Origin: Macrostomum lignano
Taxonomy: Eukaryota
Assembly: GCA_002269645.1 (NCBI GenBank)
Contig: NIVC01000061.1
Location: forward strand, 1,138,610 to 1,202,609
Length of the DNA stretch: 64,000 nucleotides
Direction: 5' to 3'
Shown here: positions 1 through 14,800 of the stretch, in pieces
Layout: each line of letters starts with the position of its first letter
How positions within the stretch are numbered: position 1 is the stretch's first letter
The notes under the pieces: generated by a model
Databases searched by the model: none
Seen by the model: only the letters and a program-made list of their open reading frames with translations
Told to the model about the DNA's origin: nothing
Made by a program: the position numbers and the translations under genes

Positions 1-432
1 TGGGAATGGGGACTTCGATATGAGGGAATGAGGATTTGGATATGGGGAATGAGGATTTGGATATGGGGAATAAGGATTTGAATATGGGGAATGAGGATTT
101 GGATATGGGAATGAGGATTTGGATATGGGGAATGAGGATTTGGATATGGGAATGAGGATTTGGATATGGGAATGAGGATTTGGATATGGGAATGAGGATT
201 TGCATCTGGGGGATAGGCATCTGAGGGATAGGCATCTGGGGGATAGGCATCTGGGGGATAGGCATCTGGGGATAGGCATCTGGGGGATAGGCATCTGGGG
301 GATAGGCATCTGAGGGATAGGCATCTGGGGATAGGCATCTGGGGGATAGGCATCTGGGGGATAGGCATCTGGGGATAGGCATCTGGGGGATAGGCATCTG
401 GGGGATAGGCATCTGGGGGACAGGCATCTAAG
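1..432. repeat. Two adjacent minisatellites (~21-22 bp GGATATGGGGAATGAGGATTT; ~14-15 bp GGCATCTGGGGGATA)
   Basis: Direct inspection; in the presumed LRP intron downstream of exon 935-564. Confidence 0.95.
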
Positions 433-563
433 GCATAGGGATCTGCAAGTGTTTGTGGCGTACAGAGAATTGAAATGGCTACCTAAGGAAGATTAGACTA
501 CTTCAATTGCTCCAAAGAGCCGCATTCGGAAGCCCTGGAAAAATCTCGCCGCCCTTCACTCAC

Positions 564-3500
564 CGCCCGACAGGGCAGGGACTTGACGTCGCGAAGGCCG
601 CGCGTCCGATCGCAGCAGGACTCGTCGGTGGTGTCGTGACAGTCCGGCCGGCCGTCGCACAGCGCAGACAGCGGGACGCACTGGCGCCGGCGCCGGCAGG
701 TGAACTCGCGCGGGCTGCAAGTAAACGGCGCCGGGCTGCAGACGGTGGGTGGAGTATGCGAAAAGGAACCAGAGTCCTTGAGCTCGAATCCGCTGGGACA
801 GGCGCAGGAAGGCAGAGTTAATGATGCAGCAGACAGGGACTGCGGCAGGCAAATGTGACTGCAGGACAGGCGGTGACAGCTGGCTGCGTAGCTTGACTGC
901 AGCACAGACCTGCGCTGTGGGATGCTGGCAGCAACCTGGGCGGGCGGTGAGGCAGTTGATTTAATGCTCACGGATTATCGGGAGCGGAAAAAGGAGGGTT
1001 ATCCGGGAGGTGACCAGGGGGGATTATCGGGGAAGTGACTAGGGGGAGGATTATCGGGGAAGTGACTAGGGGGAGAATTATCGGGGAAGTGACTAGGGGG
1101 AGAATTATCGGGGAAGTTACTAGGGGGAGAATTATCGGGGAAGTGACCAATGGAGGATTATTGGGAAGTGACCAGGGGGGATTATCGGAGAAGTGACTAG
1201 GGGGAGGATTATCGGGGAAGTGACTAGGGGGAGGATTATCGGGGAAGTGACTAGGGGGAGAATTATCGGGGAAGTGACTTGGGGGAGGATTATCGGGGAA
1301 GTGACTAGGGGGAGAATTATCGGGGAAGTGACCAATGAAGGATTATCGGGGAAATGACCAGGGGGAGAATTATCGGGGAAGTGACCAATGAAGGATTATC
1401 GGGGAAATGACCAGGGGGAGAATTATCGGGGAGGTGACCAGGGGGAGAATTATCGGGGAAGTGACTAGGAGGATTATCGGGGAAGTGACCAGGGGGAGGA
1501 TTTTCGGGGAAGTGACTAGGGGAGGATTATCGGAGAAGTGACTAGGGGAGGATTATCGGGAAGTGACTAGGGGGAGGATTATCGGGGAAGTGACCAATGG
1601 AGGATTATTGGGAAGTGACCAGGGGGGATTATCGGGGTGGCAATTAGGTAATTGTTAGGCAAGGACTCACCATAGCGGTGACCACAGGCCTATCAGCATC
1701 CAGGCCCAGGTCGCTAGGCAGAAGTATCGGAGGCAAAGCCCCCTTTTCCTTGCAGTTATAGACGCTAATCTGACGACTCGAGTTCAGGACGTAGGCCCGA
1801 CCGTCGCCGAGGCTGAACGGAGTGACATTGCGGTACGGGCCTGCCAGCTGGACATTGGCGATTGGGCGAACAGCAGCGGGAAGCTGGGAGGCGTTGCTAG
1901 GCGTGATCGCTGCCGGTAGCTGCAGCTTCAGCAGGGCCCAGTTGTTCCGATTGCCGGAGACTGCGCCGAGGTTGCTGGTCCAATACAGGCCGGCCCCGGA
2001 GCCGCCTGCGGGATGCCAAGCAGTGGGAAAGTCAGTGACTGGCAATGATTGAACCGGTATAGAGATATAGAGAATATTTTCATTGGGCCCCTGCTGTGCT
2101 TGCCACACTCTGCGTGGAAAAGGAGAGGGGGAGAGCGGAGAGAGGAAGAGGACGAAGAGGGAGAGGGCGGAGAGGGAGGGGGTGGAGAGGGAGAGGCCAG
2201 AGAGGGAGGGCGGAGAGGGAGAGGCCAGAGAGGGAGAGGGCGGAAAGGGAGAGGGCGGAGAGGGAGAGGGCGGAGAGGGAGGGGGCGAAGAGGGAGGGCG
2301 GAGAGGGAGAGGCCAGAGAGGGAGAGGGCGAAGAGGGAGGGCGGAGAGGGAGAGGCCAGAGAGGGAGAGGGCGAAGAGGGAGGGCGGAGAGGGAGAGGCC
2401 AGAGAGGGAGAGGGCGAAGAGGGAGGGGGTGGAGAGAGGCGGAGAGGGGACAGTCAGAGGCGGCCCCCATTGGCCGGCAGCCAGTCATACCCGAATGAAA
2501 TCTCAAACTGCTAGACGGCCCCATGAGCAGTTCTGATTCCATTGAATCGAGTCGAGTCTCCCCTGTGCCATCCAGTCGGCACCGGTGCAACAGGTGGGCG
2601 CCCTCCTCTGTCCTGTCGGAGGAGTCCCGGTCCATCCAGTACAGATGGCCAGCCAAGGGGTCAATGGCGAGGCCCACGGGCCGGCAGGCCTCAAGGCTGC
2701 AGTTGCGAATCAGCCAGTGCAGAGCGGACGCTTCAACAGGCAGAGAGGCTGCAGATGAAGCTGATGACAGCCGCGGCTCCAACCGGTGAGCAACGATAGC
2801 GGTCTCCTCGGCCAGGTACAGCAACCGGTTCACCGGTTCCAGTGCCATGTCGAGAAACTGGCCGCGGATCAGAGTGCGCCAGACACCCGTGGCCGGGTTG
2901 TGCAGCAGCACGGGGCCACGACGGCGAAGGTACAGAAAGTACACCCCCGATGAGCTGGGGGAGTCCGCAGTGGCCGACGCCATTGAGTCGGTCAGCAGCA
3001 ACTCGACACGGATGATGTCACTGGGCAGGCTGGGCCGCTGCGAGACGGTGAACTGTCTGAGCTGCGAGGGCGTTTCCTGGAGATTCGACGGGAGCGAATA
3101 TTCGAATTGGGGGATGCTGGGGCGATTCTTAAAGGGCGATTCACAAAGGCGACTTTTGAGGGCGATTCTCAAGGGCGATTATTACATGGCGATTCTCAAA
3201 GACGATTTTTGAGGGCGATTATTACATGGCGATTCTCAAAGACGATTTTTGAGGGCGATTATTACATGGCGATTCTCAAAGACGATTTTTAGGCCGATTA
3301 TTACATGGCGATTCTCAAAGGCGGTTTTTGAGGGCGATTATTACATGGCGATTCTCAAAGGCGGTTTTTGAGGGCGATTATTACATGGCGATTCTCAAAG
3401 GCGGTTTTTGAGGGCGATTCTCAAAGGCGGTTTTTGAGGGCGATTATTACATGGCGATTCTCAAAGGCGGTTTTTGAGGGCGATTATTACATGGCGATTC

Positions 3501-5751
3501 TCAAAGGCGGTTTTTGAGGGCGATTATTACATGGCGATTCTCAAAGGCGGTTTTTGAGGGCGATTATTACATGGCGATTCTCAAAGGCGGTTTTTAGGCC
3601 GTTTATTACATGGCGATTCTCAAAGGCGGTTTTTGAGGGCGATTATTACATGGCGATTCTCAAAGGCGGTTTTTAGGCCGTTTATTACATGGCGATTCTC
3701 AAAGGCGGTTTTTGAGGGCGATTATTACATGGCGATTCTCAAAGGCGGTTTTTGAGGGCGATTATTACATGGCGATTCTCAAAGGCGGTTTTTAGGCCGT
3801 TTATTACATGGCGATTCTCAAAGGCGGTTTTTGAGGGCGATTATTACATGGCGATTCTCAAAGGCGGTTTTTGAGGGCGATTATTACATGGCGATTCTCA
3901 AAGGGGGTTTTTAGGCCGTTTATTACATGGCGATTCTCAAAGGCGGTTTTTGAGGGCGATTCTCAACGGCGGTTTTTGAGGGCGATTATCCAACGGCGAT
4001 TCTCAACGGCGGTTTTTGAGGGCGATTATTACGAGCGTATATGGTGATTTTTCAGGCAATTTTTACTGACTATATAATGCTACCTATACTATAGCAAGCG
4101 CACTCACCGAGCCCACCGGGTAGCCAATAGTGAGGCCCTTATCCGTGACCAGGTGCAGCCAGTCGCTAACCGGTTCGCACTGTTCAGTGAAGCCGCCGCT
4201 GTCGCCAGGCGCCCGCCTGTGCAGATCAGAGCAGGCGCAGGCGATCTCCAGCTGCCTGGTCAGCAGGCAGAAGTGCTGGCACCTGTTGCGCAAGCAGAAA
4301 TTGCGAGTCTTAAGCGCATTGCCAGCATTGGGCGGCCTGGCCGAGTCCGTGTCGAACAGGATCAGACTGATCGGCCGGAATCCGCTGGGCAGCTCGACCG
4401 AGCCCGATCCGAACTCGTCCCGGTTAGCAACGAATTCTCCGGTGACGGGCGACACTCGAACCCGGTGAATTCGGCGGCTGTTCAAGGCTACGAAATGCAC
4501 AGTGGAGTTGTGATAGGCCACGCCAACGGGTTTCACGCTCAGCGGCAGGGTGCGCAACTCCTGACCTTCGTACGTTACCGACTTGACCGACTTATCGTCT
4601 GAGAAGTACAGCCGCCTCGAGGCCTGGTCTAGGGCCAGGTGTCTGTGGTTGGGGTGGGGCAATCAGTCAGTTGGTGGTCAGACCTTTAGTCAGCTGGTGT
4701 CAGACATTTAGTCAGTTGGTGGTCAGACCTTTAGTCAGCTGGTGTCAGACATTTAGTCAGTTGGTGGTCAGACCTTTAGTCAGCTGGTGTCAGACATTTA
4801 GTCAGTTGGTGTCAGACATTTAGTCAGTTGGTGTCAGACATTTAGTCAGTTGGTGTCAGACATTTAGTCAGTTGGAACCAGACAATCAGTTAGTGGGTGT
4901 CAGACAATAAGTCAGTGGGTGTCAGACAATCAGTCAGTGGGTGTCAGACAATCAGTCAGTGGGTGTCAGACAATCAGTCAGTGGGTGTCAGACAATCAGT
5001 CAGTGGGTGTCAGACAATCAGTCAGGAGGTGTCAGACAATCAGTCAGTGGGTGTCAGACAATCAGTCAGTGGGTGTCAGACAATCAGTCAGTGGGTGTCA
5101 GACAATCAGTCAGTGGGTGTCAGACAATCAGTCAGTGGGTGTCAGACAATCAGTCAGTGGGTGTCAGACAATCAGTCAGTGGGTGTCAGACAATCAGTCA
5201 GTGGGTGTCAGACAATCAGTCAGTGGGTGTCAGACAATCAGTCAGTGGGTGTCAGACAATCAGTCAGTGGGTGTCAGACAATCAGTCAGTGGCAGAAGCA
5301 GCAGTAAGCAAAGCGGTCTGACCTGGGGTCGCCCAGGCCGGTGAGCACGGTGCCGGTCTCAATCTCAACATCCATCGGAGCGGCAATGGAGACAAAGCCC
5401 AACCAGTCGATCCGCCCCTGATCCTTATATTTAATATCGATCCAGAACAGTCTGAACACGTTAGAATCGAACACAAGGCCGCGAGCGCCGGACAGTCTGT
5501 CCGAGACTAGCAGTGTCCGAGTGAGGCTTGGCCGGTCAAGCGACACGGCGCACAGCCGCGGCCAAGGCCACTTGTCAATGTAGAACAGCAGGTTGGTTGC
5601 CCAGTCTACGGCCAGGCCCAGCGGTTGCGTCACAGCCGGCACGACAACCTGCAGGATTAGGGAAAGTGCACCGAGTGCAGATTGAACCCCCTCGTGTTTC
5701 AAGACCGAATGTCGCGAGTCCAGACAGACAGACACAGACAGACAGACAGAA

Positions 5752-5794
<43 letters not shown>

Positions 5795-5801
5795 AAGACA
5801 G

Positions 5802-5883
<82 letters not shown>

Positions 5884-8800
5884 CGGCAGACACACAGACA
5901 CATATAAACATTTCGCACCCTGGCGCTACGGCCGGCCGCAGTGTCGGCGCCGGTGCCCCGGTCCAAGCCGGCGCAGGCGATGTGGCGGCCAACATCGGCC
6001 CAGCAGATGCGGCCCCGGCTGGGATCGGCGGCTACAAATTCCACAAATTTGAGATCGTTGGACAGGTGCAGCGACTCGTAGTCGGGCGAAGATGCCGAAC
6101 CGGCGGCGAGGTTCAGCGGCGCCATGCCGATGTCCCTGGCGCTGGCGAGCACCAAGAAGGTGCTCAGAGCCTGGCACCGGCTGTGCCCGTCCTCCGGCGC
6201 CGGCGCGGACTCGCCGCCGGTCGAACTGGAGACGGTGCCGGCGAAGCGGAACCGGGAGGCGCAGCGACAGATCCGACGATTGGCGACTGGCAAGTGGGTG
6301 AGGTCCGGCCTGGGGATGCACAGCTGCTCGCAGCCGGCGTTGTCGGGCCGGCGGCACGGGTTGCTGCAGGTGGGCGAATCCGAAATTATAGTGCCGCTGG
6401 CACTTTAGGGGAGCCCATTTTTGTGAGGCCGATTTCTGGGGAGAAGGCCAGTTTTTAGGGGTGAAGGGCGGTCCGTGGGTGAAGGGCGGTCTGTGGGGTG
6501 AAGGGCGGTTGGTGGGGTGAAGGGCGGTTGGTGGGGTGAAGGGCGGTCTGTGGGTGAAGGGCGGTCCGTGGGTGAAGGGCGGTCCGTGGGTGAAGGGCGG
6601 TTGGTGGGGTGAAGGGCGGTTGGTGGGGTGAAGGGCGGTTGGTGGGGTGAAGGGCGGTCTGTGGGGTGAAGGGCGGTCTGTGGGTGAAGGGCGGTTGGTG
6701 AGGTGAAGGGCGATTCGTGGGGTGAAAACGTATCTGTTACACGGTAACGCCAGTCACTGAGCTTGCAGGGAGAATCGCGCACTGCCGCACGACAGTCAGG
6801 CGCTACACTGCACCTATTTGAAGGCCACACAGCTAATCAAGTCACCTGTCAATCTCAGCCGCGAACTCGGTTGCTAACTGGCTGCTGCTGGCCGCCAGCG
6901 ACAGCGGGATGCGCAGCGAGATCGGCACCACCCGCGTGTTGCTTCCATTGCGGTCCACAATGCCCAGGCTCATGTCGCCAGAGGTGGACAGCCAGTACAG
7001 GTGACCGCGGAATGCCGCGTACACCTTGGCTGGCGAGCGAACGGCTGCCACCGCCCGGCTCAGCGAGATGTTGGCGGAGACCGCGCCGCCGCTTGAGAAT
7101 TGGAACACGCCCAGCCTGCCCGGGGGAGACGCCTGGGGGACGGCGGGTGGTGTGTGGGGCGCATGGATTCACTGAGAGACAGACAGACAGACAGACAGAC
7201 AGATAGACAGACGGACAGACACTAAGACAGACGGACAGACACTAAGACAGACACTAAGACACTAAGACAGACGGACAGACACTAAGACAGACGGACAGAC
7301 ACTAAGACAGATAGACAAGACACTAAGACACGCACACACAGACAGACAGACAGTCAGACAGACATTAAGACAGACAGACAGGCAGACAGGCAGACAGACA
7401 CACACACACACACACACAGACGCAGCAGATCTCACCAGGTAATAAATATCGCCGGTGGCCTCATCAAAGGCCAGCTGGCAGAAGTGGCTGGAGGTGAGGT
7501 TCAGCAGCACCAGCCGCTGAGACACGCCGTCCAGACGGCTGCGCACCAGGCGACCGTCAGCGCAGTAGAACAGGTAGCCGCTGCGGGTGGACACGGGGGG
7601 AAGGAATTCAAATTCCTGTGCCAACAATGACCCGGCGATCTGGACAAGATTTGCTTGCAGAATGAATGGTCGCGCGAATTTAGACTGAGGCTTGTCGTGC
7701 CATTCCTTGAGGCTTATGTACAGACAGTGCAATAACTTTCAACACAAAGTACTCACCGAATTGGGTCGACTTTAACAGCCGTGATCTTGTCGAACGTGCT
7801 CAGGACGTACTGGTGCCTGCCGTCCAGTTTAGATATGATCAGCTTCCTCGCTGTCACCCAGTACAGATTACCGCTAGACCAGTCCACAGCCAGGTCCTGC
7901 GGCACTTCATCTGCGTTCTCCAGAATCTTTTCAATCGTGCCCGGCTGGTTCCGAGTCAAATCCAGCCGCCGAATGGTCTCGGTGACTGACCGGGCCACCC
8001 GCTCGTGCAGGTAGTCGATCCAGTAGATCACATTGGCCAGCGGGTCCATTGCCAGGCACTTGACTATGTACTTGGGCATGCCGAACAGCTGAACTGGGTG
8101 ATAGTCCTGGGTATCCAGCGACATTTTCAACACTGACGAACTTGTGCCCATGTCCAGCGATATTAGCAGGTAGTCTGTGTAAGCTGTGGGATTCAATTTG
8201 GGGATCGAAATGCAGATCCGAGTGTAGGAAGTCCGGGATCTCATGGGGATCAGCTTCCCAGAATCCAGGATCTCATGGGGATCAGCTTCCCAGAATCCGG
8301 GATCTCATGGGGATCAGCTTCCCAGAATCCGGAATCTCATGGGGATCAGCTTCCCAGAATCCAGGATCTTATGAGGATCAGCTTCCCAGAATCCGGGATC
8401 TCATGGGGATCAGCTTCCCAGAATCCGGGATCTCATGGGGATCAGCTTCCCAGAATCCGGGATCTCATGGAGATCAGCTTCCCAGAATCCGGGATCTCAT
8501 GGGGATCAGCTTCCCAGAATCCGGGATCTCATGGAGATCAGCTTCCCAGAATCCAGGATCTCATGGGGATCAGCTTCCCAGAATCCGGAATCTCATGGGG
8601 ATCAGCTTCCCAGAATACGGGATCTCATGGGGATCAGCTTCCCAGAATCCGGGATCTCATGGGGATCAGCTTCCCAGAATCCGGGATCTCATGGGGATCA
8701 GCTTCCCAGAATCCGGGATCTCATGGGAATCAGCTTCCCAGAATCCGGGATCTCATGGGGATCAGCTTCCCAGAATCCGGGATCTCATGGGGATCAGCTT

Positions 8801-11800
8801 CCCAGAATCCGGGATCTCATGGGGATCAGTTTCCCTGATTTCGGGACGGCATTAGAACTTTTTAGGCTTAATAAACGTACTACTTAAGCAACCGTGAGTT
8901 GCATTCTTGGGATCTGGCAATAATCCGAACCGGCAAAGGCAGGTGTAGCGCTGATCCGCAATAGTTGAAGAGTACCGAAAGCACAGGTGGGCGCAAGGCT
9001 TCCGGACTGAGCACACGTCTGTGAAGGCTGCAATTGTAAGTTCCGTAGCAACAGGGTCAAGCTGTGGAAACACTGACTTCAAACACACTAAAAGCAACCC
9101 TTACCCACCGATGCATCAGGGGTCCGCTATCCCTACCCACCGATACTTCAGGGATCCGCTACCCCTACTCACCGATACATCAGGGATCCGCTACCCCTAC
9201 CCACCGATACTTCAGGGATCCGCTACCCCTACTCACCGATACATCAGGGATCCGCTACCCCTACTCACCGATACATCAGGGATCCGCTACCCCTACCCAC
9301 CGATACTTCAGGGATCCGCTACCCCTACTTACCGATACATCAGGGATCCGCTACCCCTACTCACCGATACTTCAGGGATCCGCTACCCCTACTCACCGAT
9401 ACTTCAGGGATCCGCTACCCCTACCCACCGATACTTCAGGGATCCGCTACCCCTACTCACCGATACTTCAGGGATCCGCTACCCCTACTCACCGATACTT
9501 CAGGGATCCGCTACCCCTACCCACCGATACTTCAGGGATCCGCTACCCCTACTCACCGATACTTCAGGGATCCGCTACCCCTACCCACCGATACTTCAGG
9601 GATCCGCTACCCCTACCCACCGATACTTCAGGGATCCGCTACCCTTACCCACCGATACTTCAGGGGTCCGCTACCCCTACCCACCTAGCGGACCATATTT
9701 ATACTTCAGGGGTCCGCTACCCCAAAACAACCTCAGGCCATCAGACAACACTAAACAGCACAGCAGAAATGCGAACGCACCAGCAGGCCAGGCCCTGTAG
9801 TCGCTCTTAGACAGCAAAACCAGGTGGAACAGGATCTCCCCAGCTCTGCTATTGGATCGGGTCAGAGCGGTGCGGCAGGCGGCAGTTGTCGCAGAGCCCG
9901 AACCGGCGCCCAGCTCGCAGGCGACAATCTCGAGGCCGCGCATCCAGTAGAGCCGCCCGCCCTGGTAGGCCAGCGTGTTGCTAGGCCTGTCGATTTTGGC
10001 AATGTCCAACACGGCAAATGGCGACGGTGGCGCCTGAGCGGAAGGTGACGCCGAGGCGGCGAAGGTTGGCAACAGAGTCGAATAAGAGAAGCCGCGAACT
10101 TGCACCGGAGTGTCGCCGCTGTTGGACTCCATCCAGTAGATTATCTGAGAGATTTTTAAATGGAAATTTATTTCAATTTTAAACTACTTAGTAAGTAAGT
10201 AGTATTACAGCATGTGCTTACTTAGTTTTGATAAAGAAACAGAAAACGTAAGACACAAGTTCCTGAGTAAAGTAAAAATCCCATTCTCACGCTATACATA
10301 TCGGTAGAATGTGAATGGCAGCCAGTGCCGTGAAAAATCGCGATTCCGAATCCAAAATTGTTTACGACACCTCACTACCCCTATATACTTGCTAGTAGAT
10401 AATGTTAATTACGATACATATCGGTAGCCGCTCAATCCTATGCATTATAGCTTAGAAACATTATTTTACGAGTTGACGATGGCTACCAGCTCTTTGAAAG
10501 AAACTTTGATGAATTTTCCACTTCTATCAATTTTTCATTTCTAACAATTAAACAGTACTAAAAAATAATCATCAACACAACAATGACAACATATCGGTAA
10601 TGCTTTGAAAAACGCACCGCATTCTCTGCATCGACAGTCACGGCTACAATACTGTTAGCCTCGCTAATGTGGGAGACATTGTACACCTCCTGGCCGTCAA
10701 GCCGGTGAATGTGCAGCTGCTTGACGCCCAGAGCGGCGCTGTGGGTTTGCACATCCACAAAGAAGATCAGGCAGGCGTGAAGGCTGTCCACCGCCAGCGT
10801 GTGGCTGAGTATGGTGTGAGTAGCCGGCATGCGGAACAGGGTTCGCCTGTCAGTGCCGTTGTAATTGTCTACGTTCAGAGTGGACACCTGCCCGGCCCTC
10901 AGGTCCGTGCTGGTCACCCAGTACACCTTGCGGCCGATGTCGTCCACCGCTAGGGCCTGGCGGGTGGCGAAAGTCAGGGGACACGGCTAAGAGTCAGACA
11001 CTTTGATTTAAAAAAACATACACTTTGATTTGAGAGTCAGAAGACTCTATTTACTGAGAGTCAGACACTATTCACTGAGTCAGGCACTATTCACTTAGAG
11101 TCAGACACTATTCACTGAGTCAGGCACTATTCACTGAGAGTCAGACACTTTGATTTGAGAGTCAGAAGACTCTATTTACTGAGAGTCAGACACTATTCAC
11201 TGAGAGTCAGGCACTATTCACTGAGAGTCAGACACTATTCACTGAGAGTCAGGCACTATTCACTGAGTCAGGCACTATTCACTTAGAGTCAGACACTATT
11301 CACTGAGAGTCAGACACTTTGATTTGAGAGTCAGAAGACTCTATTTACTGAGAGTCAGACACTATTCACTGAGTCAGGCACTATTCACTTAGAGTCAGAC
11401 ACTATTCACTGAGTCAGGCACTATTCACTGAGAGTCAGACACTTTGATTTGAGAGTCAGAAGACTCTATTTACTGAGAGTCAGACACTATTCACTGAGTC
11501 AGGCACTATTCACTTAGAGTCAGACACTATTCACTGAGTCAGGCACTATTCACTGAGAGTCAGACACTTTGATTTGAGAGTCAGAAGACTCTATTTACTG
11601 AGAGTCAGACACTATTCACTGAGAGTCAGGCACTATTCACTGAGAGTCAGACACTATTCACTGAGAGTCAGGCACTATTCACTGAGAGTCAGACACTATT
11701 CACTGAGAGTCAGGCACTATTCACTGAGAGTCAGGCACTATTCACTGAGAGTCAGGCACTATTCACTGAGAGTCAGGCACTATTCACTGAGAGTCAGACA

Positions 11801-14800
11801 CTTTGATTTGAGAGTCAGAAGACTCTATTTACTGAGAGTCAGACACTATTCACTGAGAGTCAGGCACTATTCACTGAGAGTCAGACACTATTCACTGAGA
11901 GTCAGGCACTATTCACTGAGAGTCAGACACTATTCACTGAGAGTCAGGCACTATTCACTGAGAGTCAGGCACTATTCACTGAGAGTCAGGCACTATTCAC
12001 TGAGAGTCAGGCACTATTCACTGAGAGTCAGGCACTATTCACTGAGAGTCAGGCACTATTCACTGAGAGTCAGACACTTTGATTTGAGAGTCAAGACACT
12101 TTGATGTGAGAGCAAGAAGGCTCACCTGAATAATGTGATCGGCAATGATGGCCTGCGCCCGGCCGCCATCTCCGCTGCCACCCCCGCCAACACGCCTGCC
12201 AGAGCCAGACGCCCGGGCATCGCTGTCAGCAGCCTCAATCGGCAGTCCAACAGAAGCGTCCAGACGGAATATTTTCCTGTCCGTGGCAACAAACAGGGGG
12301 CCATTGCGCGCGTAGGCAACAGCATGACAGGCCTGGTCAGCTAAGCTGGGTATCCCAGTCTCGCGTCCATTGATGATGATTGAGAGGCCAGATCTCTGGC
12401 CAATCACTGCGACCAGGTCTGAGCCCAGCTGTTGCCGTTGTTCAACTAAATCATTAGGTTAGAAAATTTATGAGATTACAAACTGTTCTTTCTAGGCTGA
12501 AAGTTGCAAAAACCAATTTGCCTCTTCCCAGTTAAAATTCAGTGCTTGAATAATTTGTGCCACAGCATGTCTGTACTGTCACAGTATATCAGCTTTAATT
12601 TAACTTCATTCTGTACTTTCTATAGTTTATACTTTATTTAACCATCACTACTTTATCTGAACATTGTCCATCGTAGAAACAAAATAAACTAGCAAAAAAG
12701 TGTCTATATAGAGTATAGACAGCATCCTATGTGGAAAAGCAAATTGATTGGTATGTTTCTGTTTCTAAATGAATCTAAGCCTCAAATTAGAAACTTAAAT
12801 AAAAAACAATAAATTTTACATTTATAATACAAATATAATATATGTATATCTATAGACATCTATTTTTGCTAAATTACTATTAAGTGTAAAGATTTGTCTT
12901 TTGATATATAAAAAGGTATACCATTCTACCTCCTATTTTGAACAGTCTTATTCAAAAAAAACAAGCAGAACTTCAATGTAAACAATTTAAGAAGTAACAG
13001 CCCTTGCGGAACTTCAATTCAAACAAAGTCCCTTTCTATTGAAACAGAAGAACTTTAATTCAGACAGTCCCTATAGGAAAAAGTTGTAAAACCGCGGATG
13101 GTGTCCGGCGCACTTTTGAAATTTTTCTAAAGCGCAGCGCACGCACAGGCACATCGCCTGCACACACGCTGCCCTTTCTTACTGGCTGCTGCTCTAGCAA
13201 ATACATATACATGGAAATGGGTATAATACCTCTGTTAAAGGGGCTTATACACTTGTAATTTATTAAGATTAGAGATGTTCGAAAAATTCAACTTCAATTT
13301 TCCAAAATTTGAATTTTTTAAAGCAAATTTCAATTTAAAAAAAAATAGAAGTGAAAATTTTGGTAGTGTCTAAAAAGTTGCTAAAAATAAACTACTTTCT
13401 ACTACATATACATGTATTACTTTTTGGCTAAGCAGTAAATTGAAAGTAAAAAAGTGAGTGTTGATCATACTAACTTTTGTTTTTCTGAATTATGATTTCA
13501 GGAAATTTCAATTTTGATTTTGGAAAGTTAGCAAATTTTGATTTCGACGAAACTGCAGATCTTTTGGAACATCTCTAATAATCCTAAAATGTGGTAAAAT
13601 AGTTTGACTCTTTTCTAAAGCGCGCGTCCGCGGGTTTTCAACATTTATTCCAATAGGGCTGTCTGTGGCCAAAATTGTCCCTGAGTGACATGCATGCGCA
13701 GATTTAAAATTCAAAAGAAACAAAGTCACATTCTATTTTGACAGAGATTCTTGCAGATAGATACATTTTATTACATTAATATAATTTTTGTTTTTTCCTG
13801 CACTGCACAACTGTACAATCATTGTGCAGCAAAAACAATATGCATGCTGAAGATCAGATTGAAGAAGACAATGAATTGCTAGAAAAAAGAGAATGCAAGA
13901 AAGGAAAAAGGAGAAGCAGAATTCAATGAAGATATTGTGGAATAGCAGCCTTGTCAGTACACTATTATAAGCAACAGTGACAGAGACCATATCATCAAAG
14001 GCAAGGCTGCTGATTGTGGGAATGACATTGTGAAACTGGCGTGCCAACTTGGAGTCAAGAGGTCAATAGCATACACAATTGTGAGGTCGAGGAGAGCAGA
14101 AAAGCAGCCCAAGGGCAGAGCCAAACAATTCTAAAGTGTGATAAAGAAATTCAGGCCCATATACTTGGTTTCATCTAAGCAAATCTGCTTATCACGCTAA
14201 AAGAAATGAATGCTAATCTGCACCAGCAAATCCTAGAAAAGCCCACATAATGGAAAATGATCAGCATTAAGCTTAATGGAGCTCTGTACACCACTGAGCT
14301 GGCACAATATCTCCTTGCAGATCGCAATTCCCCTTGTGTGATCGAAGTGCAGAAAGAGTTTTGCAAGTGGCTTTGTTCTGTCGATGTTGTATCTGCTGGC
14401 TAGTGGCTACAAGATTTTCAACAATGAATTTGGCTTCAATATCTGGATGAGACAATCAATAAAGCACTCTTGACATGGTGAATGCATATATAGGCAAGTG
14501 GCTACTCAGAAGGGACTTTGAGTTACTATCTGCTTGCCCATTTATCTAGGTATCGGTGTTGTGCACTACCAAATTTATGATAAGGACATGACTAAAGAGA
14601 AGTTTGGTGAGTTATTGCAGATCACCATCAGCAACTTCCAAGCTAGTTCCCAGTCTTGTATTGTTATATAGTTATCAACAATGCAAGTTCTCATAATGAC
14701 ATCAAAGACAAGATTCTGGACACCATTTAGGCCAAGCAGCTTCCACCATACAGTCCATTTTTGACTCCTATGGAGAACTCAATCTTCTATTGGAAGGCTG

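Noticed and set aside
498-563. LRP ending at the TAG stop at 498-500
   Set aside because: A strong phase-0 GTGAGT donor at 563 and the absence of a TM or cytoplasmic tail indicate the gene continues beyond the window.
8142-9810. Long plus-strand repetitive ORFs, and similar ones at 4897-5344, 20005-20947, 22319-22919, 25096-25696, 28441-28986, 56729-57331 and 60418-61119
   Set aside because: They coincide with intronic or intergenic satellites and are open only because the unit lacks stops.
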